A stretch of 64,000 nucleotides of DNA from NCBI GenBank assembly GCA_965203805.1, contig OZ241917.1, positions 5,184,001 through 5,248,000 on the forward strand. Reading direction: 5' to 3'. Source of the DNA: Candidatus Latescibacterota bacterium. GTDB lineage: Bacteria > Latescibacterota > UBA2968 > GCA-2709665. How positions within the stretch are numbered: position 1 is the stretch's first letter; the number at the start of each line of letters is the position of its first letter. The notes beneath the pieces were generated by a model. It did no database searches and was not told the origin of the DNA. It saw only the letters and a program-made list of their open reading frames with translations. The position numbers and the translations under genes are program-made. Shown in pieces: positions 1 to 10,480 of this stretch.

Positions 1-330
1 AGCTCAGGGCGCCGCATGCTCAGGGATCGGCTCAGGGGTCGCAAGCTCCAGGCACCGCCAGTGACCGACGCCTGGGTATCAACCGACGCCGCAGTAGATC
101 CTTCGTCAGCCGGCCTTCCGATGAATCGCTGGCAGGCCGGACGCTTCCTCAGGATGACCTGTTGGGCGAGGGCGTAACGGATGCCTTTCGTGGATGAGGA
201 TCGACACACATGTCATTAACTGAAGGACGTCGAAAATCCCTGTTAACAACGTGGTCATTGAGCTTGTCGAAATGCCCGTATATCGGAAACCCCTCGACAG
301 CCCTTCGTTAAGTTCAAGGCGTTGACCAGA
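1..330. repeat. Cluster of REP-like palindromic repeats (GCTCAGGG / GAGCTTGTCGAA / AGATCCTTCG...CTCAGGATGAC)
   Basis: GCTCAGGG x3 at 2-37. AGATCCTTCG...CTCAGGATGAC at 96-158 has an internal hairpin. GGTCATTGAGCTTGTCGAA...TTCGTTAAGTTCAAGGCGTTGACC forms a hairpin at ~253-327. A related copy lies at 60371-60418. Confidence 0.6.
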
Positions 331-452
331 ACGCTAACGGCAGTCCGCGAATGCTGCCTTCTGAGTTGGGACGGGCGTGCTACTTGACGGGCATCGGCGA
401 ACGACAGAAGGGGACAACATCCGATGACACCTGGGTATGCGGCGCGGTGTCA

Positions 453-905
453 TCAGCTTCGACTGTCTCTGACTGGAATCCCCTTCGCCGCCGCGAACTC
501 ATTCAGCGTCTCGATGATTTGCGGTTTGACGATCTGGTTGTCAACATAGCTCAAATTGAACCTCCATTTCACGCGCTTTCCCTCCTTGAGCCCGATTTCC
601 ACTTTCATCAATTGTACTTGAACTTCAGAGATCGTCTCCCAAGGAATCGTGCGCTTCCTGTACAAACTCCCGTCAATTTCCAGGTGCGCGTCGTGAAACG
701 TAACGACATATCGGTGTACACGCTCCGTCAATGCAACAAATAGCAGGAAGATCAAACCGAAGGCAAATTGCACACCGCCGAAAACACCATCGCCCCTCAG
801 TGTGCTGAAGTAACCGCCAGCGATCTCGATAACGCCAAAAATGGTCCAAGTCACGATCATTAAACGGGATACAGGGACCGAGAGATCGAAAGTTCGTGTA
901 TCCAT
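453..905 (-). CDS. Hypothetical membrane protein (2 TM helices plus soluble C-terminal domain)
   Basis: 150-aa ORF with two hydrophobic segments followed by a beta-rich region. Confidence 0.65.
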   Translation of the reverse strand: MDTRTFDLSVPVSRLMIVTWTIFGVIEIAGGYFSTLRGDGVFGGVQFAFGLIFLLFVALTERVHRYVVTFHDAHLEIDGSLYRKRTIPWETISEVQVQLMKVEIGLKEGKRVKWRFNLSYVDNQIVKPQIIETLNEFAAAKGIPVRDSRS

Positions 906-1008
906 GGGTATATTGTCTTACTCTGCGATGGGTAATTTGACTCAGGAACGTGCCGGCTTGGAATGAGTCTTATTTTTAAAAAATCCAACACACACATCCG
1001 CAAGAATG

Positions 1009-2835
1009 TCAGGCCCAGATGATCTTCACAATTTCGAATAATAGGCGATGTCTAATCTCGAGCTCCTCGGATCCGAACCGATCCATCGGCTTTAACTCAA
1101 GATCGTACCTGTCCCGAAAGGCATAAAAGTCGAGATTGGATTTATATGTATCGGGCAGCAAAGTCTCGTTCCAATAAAGAGTGTTAGCGTACGTCTTGAG
1201 TTTATCTTGGAAGGACTCGTTGCCACTTGAAATATTGTCCTTGCCCTTCAATAGGAGAATACCCCCGAGTCGGTTTCGTTCCTGTTCAAAAAGCTCCTCA
1301 TTCTGTTCGAAAAGTGCGAGATTTGCGTCATTACGGGACAAGATATGTTCTACATGGAATCCAGTCTTGGCACCTGTCCGCGTTACAAGATCCCTAATGG
1401 CGTGTCTTGGACAGAGATTCATGTTTTTTGCAAGGAACTCTTCAATTCTCCCGAAGAAGTACCGAATGAAGCGGGAGTTTAGGTTTGCGCTGGTCTGCTT
1501 AAAGGCCAAATAACTGAGAGGAATAGGGTCTGGAAGGTTCCGGCTCTTGGCGATTGCTTCGCGAAGTTGCGAATCGAAGATTTCCCGATAACATTCTGGG
1601 GCTCTTTCGCGTATATCCGCCGATATCAAATATAGGGAATCGTTGAAGCTGTTGCTGTCGTAGGAATTTTGAAGCTGCAGCAGCGTATAGTAACGGTCAA
1701 TCTCCCGTGCGATGGTCCTAATCTTCGCATCTTCATCCGAGTCGCGAAGTCGGCACGCGGAGAGAATCAGAAAAAACGGCGCGTCTAAGTCGAGTAATTT
1801 GCTGTAATACACGCATTCGAGCCCATCAGTTCTGGTTTCAGACGCATCAAGGAGCTTCTTGTATAAACTTCCATAATACGAAAGGCTATCCCTGAGGAAT
1901 GTCTTGACGCCTGACGGGTCGTGGTCCAATTGGAGCCTCTGGTTTACATCCTCCGCAAACATAGTTCTGTGGTACTCACCGTCAAATCGTTGTCCTTCAC
2001 TACGGGTCTCGGCGAACTTGGCCTTCAAGAAGAACCTGAAGAATTCATCGAATTCATCCTCATTATGTGCGTTTATTGACGCAGCCTGTTTCTCCCAGAG
2101 TTCCAGGTATCCTTCTTGATCCAGTTCGTCTTTATCGATCTGTCCGAGAAGCTTTCCTTTAAGTATCTCATAGGGTCGAAGGCGAATTCCACGGTCGTTT
2201 ATAACCTCGAAGACCATTGGAACATCAGTTTGCTCAACCCCTAAGTTGACCATTACCACACGATGAAGCAGGAAAAAAACAAACGTCTCAAATCTGTGTT
2301 GGTTTTGCAATTCACCATCTAGATATTCGCTGATCGTTACATAATTCTGCTTCATATTTATCGCCGTGACGTGAGTTTCCTCGGTAACGTCAGAATCACC
2401 TTTGAACAGAGCATTTTGTGTTGCTTTGTGGTCGACATGGTTCATCCAGAACACTTTGTCTCGGCCGGACTGACCGGCAATCTTCAATTCAATCCATCCT
2501 CGCAATTCCGAATTGTGCGCCTTGGCCATTTGAAACAGCTTCATCAGCATAAGGGATAGCGTTGTCAAACGCTGTTGGCCGTCCACCACGAAGACTCGTC
2601 CATCTACGGTGTTGGTTACGTACGTGTTTAAATAATACCACGGGTATTTCGACACACTCTTGGCGTTCGCGTCAAGATGGGAGTTGTAGTGCTCATTGAA
2701 CTTGTAAAACAAATCATCGAGAAGACGGAAAACGGGTTCATCCGTCCATCGATAGTGGCGCTGATAAAAATCAACGAAATATTGCGTCTTCGAAAAGACG
2801 CTATCTATATTTTGCTTTTCAGGTGCGATTTCCAT
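1009..2835 (-). CDS. gmrSD: GmrSD-family (DUF262 + DUF1524) type IV restriction endonuclease, single chain
   Basis: Motifs YQRHYRW, VVDGQQRLTTL, FEVINDRG and a C-terminal VEHILS...LLLKGKDNISSGN HNH-like motif. Start placed at ATG 2835, which follows a GAGG SD. Confidence 0.88.
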   Translation of the reverse strand: MEIAPEKQNIDSVFSKTQYFVDFYQRHYRWTDEPVFRLLDDLFYKFNEHYNSHLDANAKSVSKYPWYYLNTYVTNTVDGRVFVVDGQQRLTTLSLMLMKLFQMAKAHNSELRGWIELKIAGQSGRDKVFWMNHVDHKATQNALFKGDSDVTEETHVTAINMKQNYVTISEYLDGELQNQHRFETFVFFLLHRVVMVNLGVEQTDVPMVFEVINDRGIRLRPYEILKGKLLGQIDKDELDQEGYLELWEKQAASINAHNEDEFDEFFRFFLKAKFAETRSEGQRFDGEYHRTMFAEDVNQRLQLDHDPSGVKTFLRDSLSYYGSLYKKLLDASETRTDGLECVYYSKLLDLDAPFFLILSACRLRDSDEDAKIRTIAREIDRYYTLLQLQNSYDSNSFNDSLYLISADIRERAPECYREIFDSQLREAIAKSRNLPDPIPLSYLAFKQTSANLNSRFIRYFFGRIEEFLAKNMNLCPRHAIRDLVTRTGAKTGFHVEHILSRNDANLALFEQNEELFEQERNRLGGILLLKGKDNISSGNESFQDKLKTYANTLYWNETLLPDTYKSNLDFYAFRDRYDLELKPMDRFGSEELEIRHRLLFEIVKIIWA

Positions 2836-3057
2836 GCGATTACCTCTTCCGCTGCTTGGAGTTGCGTAACACGTCAGGGCTGGGACTTTTCCTTGTTTGG
2901 ACCATCTCCAATAACGGCAGAAATTCGCGCACTGAGACTCTGGCGCAAATCCTGGGGATCTTTCCATACTATGTGATTATACTGGCGTGTGTCAAAATGA
3001 ACTTTGTCTAATACGTCAGTTCGGCACGAGAAAATGACTGGTATGCCTAGTACTTAC

Positions 3058-3086
3058 TTGACAAAAAAAGCGAAATAATATATCTT
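3058..3086 (+). promoter_or_regulatory. Sigma70-type promoter in the left end of IS630-A
   Basis: TTGACA, 17-nt spacer, TATCTT. Confidence 0.6.
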
Positions 3087-3135
3087 GTGCTCATAGGGAA
3101 TCGATCTCAGTTCAACTGTGGAGAGGAGACCGCCT

Positions 3136-4203
3136 ATGAGCCGCCCCGCCGTGTTGATCACGTTGCGTGACGAGGAAAAAGAGACGCTGTTGAGTTGGAC
3201 ACGTTCAGGCAAGACGCAACACCGTTATGTGCTGCGCGCCCGGATTGTTCTTTCAGCGTCCCAGGGCGATGCGAACCGGGACATCGCCAGGGATCTGGGA
3301 ACGCGCGAGGCCACGGTGTGCAAGTGGCGCCGGCGCTTTCACGAGTCGGGTCTTTCCGGGTTGCAGGACAAGGCGAGATCGGGCAAGCCTGCCAAGTACG
3401 ACCAGTCAAGCGAAAAGCGCATTTTGGAGGCCTTGGACGATGCCCCGCCCAAGGGCTATGGAAACTGGACCGGTCCGTTGTTGGCCGACAAGCTGGGAAT
3501 TTCTGTCCACTATGTCTGGCAGGTCTTGCGCAACCACGGCATTTCGCTGGCCAGAAGGCGCAGCTGGTGTATCAGCACCGATCCGGAATTTGCCACCAAG
3601 GCCGCAGCCATCGTGGGGTTGTATCTGGAACCTCCCAAAAATGCGATTGTCTTGTGCGTCGACGAAAAGCCCGCGATTCAGGCGTTGGAAAGGGTACAGG
3701 GATGGCTCAAGCTGCCCAACGGCAAGGCCGTAACCGGCTTTAACCACGAATACAAGAGAAACGGCACCACCACGTTATTCGCTGCATTGAACGTCGCCAC
3801 CGGCCTCGTCAAGGCCGGGCATTACAAAAGGCGCAAACGACGCCAGTTTCTGAGCTTTATGAACGAACTTGTCGCCGAATACCCCGATCAGGAACTCCAC
3901 ATCATCCTCGACAACCTGAACACCCACAAGCCCAAGAATGACCGCTGGCTGCCACGCCATCCCAATGTCCACTTCTACTACACCCCCACCCACGCATCCT
4001 GGCTCAACCAGATCGAAATCTGGTTCAGCATCCTGTGGAGAAGCGCGCTCAAAGGCGGCTCCTTCACCTCGATTCGAGACTTACGCACCGCCATCAATCA
4101 CTTCATTGACGCCTACAACGAGAACGCACATCCCTTCGAGTGGAAATCCACAAAAGTCCGACCCAAAGCCCTTGAAGAAAAATACTCTAATTTAACCAAT
4201 TAA
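3136..4203 (+). CDS. IS630 transposase
   Basis: N-terminal HTH; DDE motifs CVDEK, ILDNLNTHK, SWLNQIEIWF. ATG 3136 follows AGGAG. Confidence 0.95.
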   Translation: MSRPAVLITLRDEEKETLLSWTRSGKTQHRYVLRARIVLSASQGDANRDIARDLGTREATVCKWRRRFHESGLSGLQDKARSGKPAKYDQSSEKRILEALDDAPPKGYGNWTGPLLADKLGISVHYVWQVLRNHGISLARRRSWCISTDPEFATKAAAIVGLYLEPPKNAIVLCVDEKPAIQALERVQGWLKLPNGKAVTGFNHEYKRNGTTTLFAALNVATGLVKAGHYKRRKRRQFLSFMNELVAEYPDQELHIILDNLNTHKPKNDRWLPRHPNVHFYYTPTHASWLNQIEIWFSILWRSALKGGSFTSIRDLRTAINHFIDAYNENAHPFEWKSTKVRPKALEEKYSNLTN

Positions 4204-5159
4204 GTACTAGTCCATGAGCGAATCCCGCTTCGTAGTAGACGCCACCACGAGCGCCGTCGTCTCCTTGTGTGAAATCCGCGACAACAAACCTAGATCGCCT
4301 TATTTCGGCGATGATCTCATCATCTATTTTGTTGAGATGTTCTTTCTGATCTATGCGAACTGCCATGTAACCCGAATCTTCAATGCCGGTTCTAATGCCG
4401 TGTTCCCATGCGTCTTCCAAGGTCGGTTCGAACCACATCGCGACGAATCCTTGTGACGAATCTGTCGTGGACGTCATTTTGAGATCCGCAAGCCTAGCGT
4501 ATCCGTCAACGGTCAGTACGTACGAAGTTCTCGATATAGAGGACACGCCTTCTTCTATCCAACCCCGCACTTCCAAATAACGTAAAAGAAATTTCATCTC
4601 CTCGTCTTCGGTTGATTCCGACCATGCCAATGCCATCAATGTCGTCGCGTCGCTCGTTTGGAACGTCACATCACTACCTATTGTCGCGGTTCGATACCCG
4701 ATAAATTGGAGAAGCCGATCGCCACGGAGGTATACCGGTGAGTCCTCACGTTGCTCGGCCATTGTGAGCGTGGATTCATCTAATTCTGGACATTCCACTC
4801 CCAATCGCCGTTGATCAACCAACCAGGAAGTCAGACGTGCTCGTACGCGTTCGTCGGCACGTGCCATACACGAATTGGCCGTTCGTGCGATAAAATACCG
4901 GCCGCCCGCCCGCCGCGAATCCACGTATACTCCGTCGCGACCATTGGAGTAATTCTCTACAGCAGGAGTGCCCCATATCGGGCAGCGCGAATCTTGATCC
5001 ATACTCTACTCCGAGGGTTTAGATTTCTACCGTCTGCGTCGATTGTCGCGAACTACAACAAGCCCGTGTCCGTTTGTACAGCTAAGCCAATAATCCAACC
5101 GAAGCCCTTGAATTACTACGAGATCAAGAGTACAGTGTCTCATTGTGCATAGCTATTTC

Positions 5160-5260
5160 ACACCCCAAGAACACCTTTAGCCGCTCCCTGAGCGTTTCAA
5201 TTTTCTTCAATTCACATTACCAAATTATCAGGATCTCCCAACCGAGTTCGCGAAGATGTT
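5160..5260 (-). pseudogene. Very-short-patch repair (Vsr) endonuclease C-terminal remnant
   Basis: Reads LRELGWEILIIW*CELKKIETLRERLKVFLG, i.e. the Vsr C-terminal GW..L.IWECE motif with E replaced by a stop codon. Confidence 0.6.
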
Positions 5261-6910
5261 CTCTCTTGGGGAAAATATCGCGTTTCAAATCGCGGATAAA
5301 CAGAAACCAATATAATTCATCGCGGCGACCAATACAAGATTCGCGCCTGCCATACGCCTGTTCGAGGATCGGCTTAAGGCATCGGTGGTAATGCTTGTGA
5401 TTTGCGCGAATTTTCGCATTGAGCTTTCGCCTTCGTGATTTGGATTCCCGCCGGTTTGGTCCTGACTGGGCAATGCAGCTGGACGTACCTGCCACATTGA
5501 GCGTCCAGTCTGAACTTCCTGACAGTGATCGAGAATCCACGCCGACTATTCGATAGTATTCTGCCTGGGGTCATTGAACCAACCAGGTCCAGTTTCTCTC
5601 AATGCAACCAGCATTGGGACTTACCGAGGTTTCAGGTTGCGCTTGTCGCAAATTGCGCCTATCCCTATAATACCGAATATGTGGCGTCTTGTCGCGTCAT
5701 TTGACTTTTTTCGTTGAATCGTCATCCGCGTGACACTCGACATAATGCGTAAACCGTTGCATTAGGTGAGGTAAGTGCCGCAATGAAAACCACAATTTAC
5801 AAGGCTTTACAAAAGTTCTCGGCGTCGGTTACGGCTAAGTCTACACCTACCACTCTGGGTGAGCCCGAAGAGCAACTTCGCCATCCCTTCGAGACCTTCA
5901 TGGAGGATGCCGCCCAAGCACTCGGATGGAAAGTAGTCTGCAAGGGCGAATCACCCTTGCCGGGTCGTATGGGTCGACCGGATTACGCCGTGTTAATAAA
6001 CCAGCTTCCCGCAGGATACGTCGAATTAAAAGCACCGGGCGTCGGTGCAGATAACGAGCATTTCACGGGTCACAATCTCGATCAATTTGAACGTTTCTCT
6101 GCCGTACCCAATATTCTTTACTCAGATGGCATCGAATGGGCGCTGTATCGTGACGGCAAACGGGTGAAAGACATCGTTCGACTAAAAGGCAACGTAGCTG
6201 CTGATGGCAAGAAGGCAGCAAAAATGCAGGATGCGCGCGCCGTGGAAAACCTGTTACGTGAATTCCTATTGTGGAAACCGAGCATACCTCTCGGGCGGAA
6301 CGACAGGATAGATTTGAAGGGATTCGCGACGCTCTTGGCACCTTTGTGTCGACTGTTGCGTGACGAGGTCAAGGACGCGCTGGATAATCCGTCTTCACCG
6401 TTGGTGAGAATTAGAGAAGACTGGCGGAAACTTCTCTTCCCTGATGCCTCGAACGAACAGTTCGCCGACGCTTACGCCCAGACGGTTACATTCGCTCTAT
6501 TGTTGGGTCGCAGCGAAGGGGCTGAGCCGCTCACCTGCCAGAGCGCACATGACTCCCTTACCGCTCAACACAGTCTACTGTCGAAGGCCCTGCTGATTCT
6601 TACGGATGCCGGTGTGTATTCCGAAATATTAGCTCCTGTCGAGTTACTTCGGCGTGTGATTGGTTCCGTACCACCGACCACGCTTACCGGGTCAGACGAT
6701 CCATGGCTTTATTTCTACGAAGACTTCCTGGAGGTATACGACCCCGATTTACGGAGAAACGTGGGTGCTTATTACACACCGGTCGAAGTGGTTCGCGCTC
6801 AGGTGCGACTGATTGACGAGCTACTTGTGCGGCGCCTTGGAAAACCGCTAGGATTCGCCAATTCGGGGGTTTTTACGCTCGATCCCGCCGTCGGAACAGG
6901 AACCTATCTC

Positions 6911-8075
6911 CTAGTGTTTCGTCCCAGGAGTAACTTGCAAAAATAGTTCACTTGCCATAGATTCCCTATAGCGAAAGGAGGAATCTATGGCCAGGGGACG
7001 TCCGTTAGCGCCACTGAGTATTGGGGATGAGGTTCGTGCGCAACTGGAAACCATTTCCCGTTCAAGAAGCATGTCGCACAGTCTTGTGTGCCGGGCGAAG
7101 ATCGTTCTGATGAGTGATCAAGGGCTGTCGAATCAGCAGATCGGACGACAGCTTGGTCTGTCGGGAGCCACAGTCGGGAAGTGGCGCCGTCGGTTTTTAG
7201 AACAAGGTCTGATGGGGCTTTATGATGAATTGCGCCCCGGGGGGCCCCGCTCGATCAGCGATGAGCGCATCGCCTCGCTGATTCATGCAACGCTCAAAGA
7301 CAAGCCGTCGGGAGCCACCCACTGGACCTGCCGCTCTCTGGCAGCCCAGACGCAACTGTCCAAGTCCACGGTTCAGCGCGTGTGGAAAGCGTTTGGTCTA
7401 CAGCCGCACCGGCAAAAACACTTCAAGCTGTCCAATGATCCGTTCTTTGTCGAGAAGGTACGTGACATTGTCGGACTGTATCTGAACCCTCCCGACAACG
7501 CGATGGTATTATGCGTTGACGAAAAGAGTCAGATCCAGGCATTGGAGCGAACGCAGCCGATATTGCCTTTGGGGTTGGGCTATGTGGAAGGGGTCACCCA
7601 CAATTATATCCGGCACGGCACCACGACCTTGTTCGCCGCGCTGGAGGTCGCTTCCGGCAAGGTGCTGGCCCAATGCAAACCCCGACATCGACACCAGGAA
7701 TTTTTACAATTCCTCAAATATATCGACCAAAACGTCCCGAAGGACCTTGACATTCATCTCGTCGTCGACAACTACGCCACGCACAAGCACGAAAAAATCA
7801 AACGCTGGATCGCAGCCAGGCCCCGATACCACGTTCACTATACACCGACCTATGCGTCCTGGCTCAACCAGGTCGAGATCTGGTTCGGCATCATTACCCA
7901 GAAAGCCATCCGACGCGGGACCTTCAAAAAGGTGAAAGACCTCATCGCCAACATTCAGGATTTCACCAACCATTATAACGCCAACTCACGACCGTTCGTC
8001 TGGACCGCCACCGCAGAATCGATCCTTGACAAGATCACCAGACTTTTTGAACTAATTCATGGGACAAGACACTAG
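6911..8075 (+). mobile_element. IS630-family element B, copy 1
   Basis: CTAG at both ends. TIRs CTAGTGTTTCGTCCCA / CTAGTGTCTTGTCCCA. Confidence 0.93.
6987..8075 (+). CDS. IS630 transposase
   Basis: CVDEKSQIQAL, VVDNYATHK, SWLNQVEIWF. The stop codon is the TAG of the target CTAG. Confidence 0.95.
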   Translation: MARGRPLAPLSIGDEVRAQLETISRSRSMSHSLVCRAKIVLMSDQGLSNQQIGRQLGLSGATVGKWRRRFLEQGLMGLYDELRPGGPRSISDERIASLIHATLKDKPSGATHWTCRSLAAQTQLSKSTVQRVWKAFGLQPHRQKHFKLSNDPFFVEKVRDIVGLYLNPPDNAMVLCVDEKSQIQALERTQPILPLGLGYVEGVTHNYIRHGTTTLFAALEVASGKVLAQCKPRHRHQEFLQFLKYIDQNVPKDLDIHLVVDNYATHKHEKIKRWIAARPRYHVHYTPTYASWLNQVEIWFGIITQKAIRRGTFKKVKDLIANIQDFTNHYNANSRPFVWTATAESILDKITRLFELIHGTRH

Positions 8076-10480
8076 GAGTGATCGAACACGCTCTCGGTCG
8101 GGTTAAATTAGAGCAGGGTGCGGGTGCCGTTCCGGGTCAGGCCACCACGTTAGCTGAGAATCTGCATGCCTTTGAACTAATGGTAGGCCCGTACGCGGTG
8201 AGCGAACTACGAGTGAACCGGGCACTACGTGATTACGGCGCAACACTTTCTAGCGCCGGTACGAAGATTTATTTGACTAACACCCTTGAGAGTCCGCGTG
8301 CGGAACCACCCCAAGTGCCGATGTTCTTCGAGCCTATCGCGGAGCAGCATGCAAAGGCGCTCAAAGTAAAAAAGAATACCCGGGTCATTGTTTGCCTAGG
8401 GAATCCCCCCTATGACCGCCACGACGCAGTCGATACCCAACGTGAGGAAAATCTCTCGCGATATGGGGGTTGGGTCCGCTTTGGCGAACCGCTACCTGGT
8501 AATTTTGTGACAGATAAGAGGGGTAGAAAAAGAGAACTGAAGACTGTTAAGGCAAGGCTTGTGAGGAGACAAGAATTCGCTATACTTCGGGATTTCCTCG
8601 ATCCTGCTATTGCTGCGGGACACGGCGGTCACGTAAAAAACCTATACAATCACTACGTATATTTCTGGCGTTGGGCGCTATGGAAGGTGTTCGAAAACAA
8701 AACCGCTGAAGGTCCCGGCATCGTAAGCTATATTACCGCATCGAGCTACCTAAACGGCGACGCTTTTTGTGGAATGCGGGAACTCATGCGTCGATTCTGT
8801 GACGAAATTTGGATTCTCGATTTAGGTGGTGAAGGGCGTGGCGCTCGGCAGACAGAGAATGTATTCGCGATACGTACCCCTGTGGCAGTCGCAATTGCCC
8901 TACGTTCGAAGAAACCCGAACCCGATAAGCCTGCGAGAGTGCGCTATTCTCACATAAATGGATCGCGTAAGGAGAAACTTGCGATGCTCAACAGAGTGAA
9001 GAGCCTTGCGGATCCAAGCTTGAAATGGCAAGATTGCGCCGAGGACTGGCACGCTCCGTTCTGTCCTGTTGGAGTAGGAAATTACTTCACTTGGCCGTTA
9101 CTAACGGATCTCATGCCTTGGCAGCAATCCGGTGTGCAAGCAGGACGTACATGGGTGATTGCACCTGAAAGTGATACGCTGAAGGAATGTTGGCGTACCT
9201 TGTTGAAGTCTGAGAGCGAAGAACGCAGAAAGCTCTTTAAGGACTCGTCGACGGGGCGCAAAGTACATGATCAAGTTCGCTATCTGCCTCGATCCTCTGA
9301 CACGACCATGAGTTCTATTTCAGACCTAGCAATGGACAGTCCCGCTCCGGATAGCGTTAGATTTTCCTATAGATCATTCGACAGACAGATGATCTTCCGT
9401 GATGGCCGGTTGCTAGATCGACCAAGTCCGTCATTATGGTACGCCCACGGCCGGAAGCAGGTGTATTTGACGACGCTGCTGAACCACCGTCTAGGTAACG
9501 GTCCAGCCGTGACTTCCTGTGCCCATATCCCTGACAGGGATCATTTTTCAGGACGTGGGGGGAAGGATACGATCCCACTCTATCGCACAAATGACGCCAA
9601 GACGGCAAACATTACGCCCTGCCTACTTGATGTACTTGGTCGGCACTACGAGCGCGTTGTCTTGCCAGAAGATTTCCTCTCATACGTTTATGGCGTTCTG
9701 GCACACACGGAATTTACTGCAATGTTTAGAGAGGAGTTGGGCAAAAGCCAGCCACGGGTTCCACTCACAAAGGATGCATTATTGTTCGAGAGAGTCCGTG
9801 CGGAAGGCGAGCGGTTGGTATGGCTACATACATATGGGGAGCGGTTCATTCCTGAGGATCAGACCGTCGGCCAAATCCCGCGCGGTAAAGCAAAGTGCGT
9901 AAAGAGTGTTTCCGGTGGCTCGGAAATGTACCCGGAGAAGTATAGCTATTGCGACCTGACCGAAGCACTCCACGTAGGAGACGGTGAATTTAAGCCGGTC
10001 CGGCTCAACGTCTTCGAGTTTGAGGTATCAGGGCTTAAGGTCGTACAGTCTTGGCTGAAATATCGCATGAAGAAAAGGGCCGGAAGGAAGTCGTCGCCCT
10101 TGGACGATATTCGTCCCGAGCGCTGGACGAGCCAATTCACCACGGAGCTCCTTGATTTGCTCTGGGTGCTGGAGGCGACCGTAAAGACGTACCCCGAACA
10201 GGCGCGGCTGCTTGAGGCGGTCATCGAAGGCGATTGCTTCCGCGCGGACGATTTTCCGCCGGTACCTGCCGAGATGCGCAGACCGCCAAAAGTGCAAAAA
10301 ACGACTGGCGATCTATTTTACGACGCAAAAGGGTGATTGAGGCGTCAAATTGTCTATTGAAATTGCTCGATCATTGCAGGAGTCGACTCGGGTGAGCTGG
10401 TTTCGATCTGACGGTTTTCAACGACATTTGTCTCGCTGAGACCATATTGACCGCGGATAACACAAGAAAAGCGCAGTGAA

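Larger units (their letters stand above)
3047..4210 (+). mobile_element. IS630-family element A
   Basis: Flanked by CTAG at 3047-3050 and 4207-4210 (TA duplication). Imperfect TIRs TAGTACTTACTTG / TAGTACTTAATTG. Confidence 0.92.
2874..5002 (-). pseudogene. Nucleoside 2-deoxyribosyltransferase (NDT)-like domain protein, interrupted by IS630
   Basis: Removing the IS and one CTAG joins ...GVYYEAGFAHGL to GIPVIFSCRTDVLDKVHFDTRQYNHIVW...KSQP* in frame (322 aa). The C-terminal domain has FVAMWF, IIAEIRRSRFVVADFT and YYEAGFA motifs. Confidence 0.8.
5783..10336 (+). pseudogene. Type ISP/IIG-like restriction-modification enzyme (N6-adenine MTase with nuclease and specificity domains), interrupted by IS630
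   Basis: N-part has RPDY..GYVELK, GAYYTP and LDPAVGTGTYLL. C-part has GNPPY and an ISP-type C-terminal domain. Removing the IS gives TYLL|GVIEHAL in frame (1130 aa). Confidence 0.88.

Noticed and set aside
1-330. CRISPR array
   Set aside because: Repeats are short, degenerate and irregularly spaced, with no unique spacers and no cas genes.
2836-2967. 44-aa N-terminal extension of GmrSD in the ORF track
   Set aside because: It overlaps the 3' end of the interrupted NDT gene, and the SD supports ATG 2835.
5179-5193. 15-nt match (AGCCGCTCCCTGAGC) to the REP-like repeat at 60380
   Set aside because: It lies within the Vsr remnant coding frame and lacks the rest of the repeat; probably chance.
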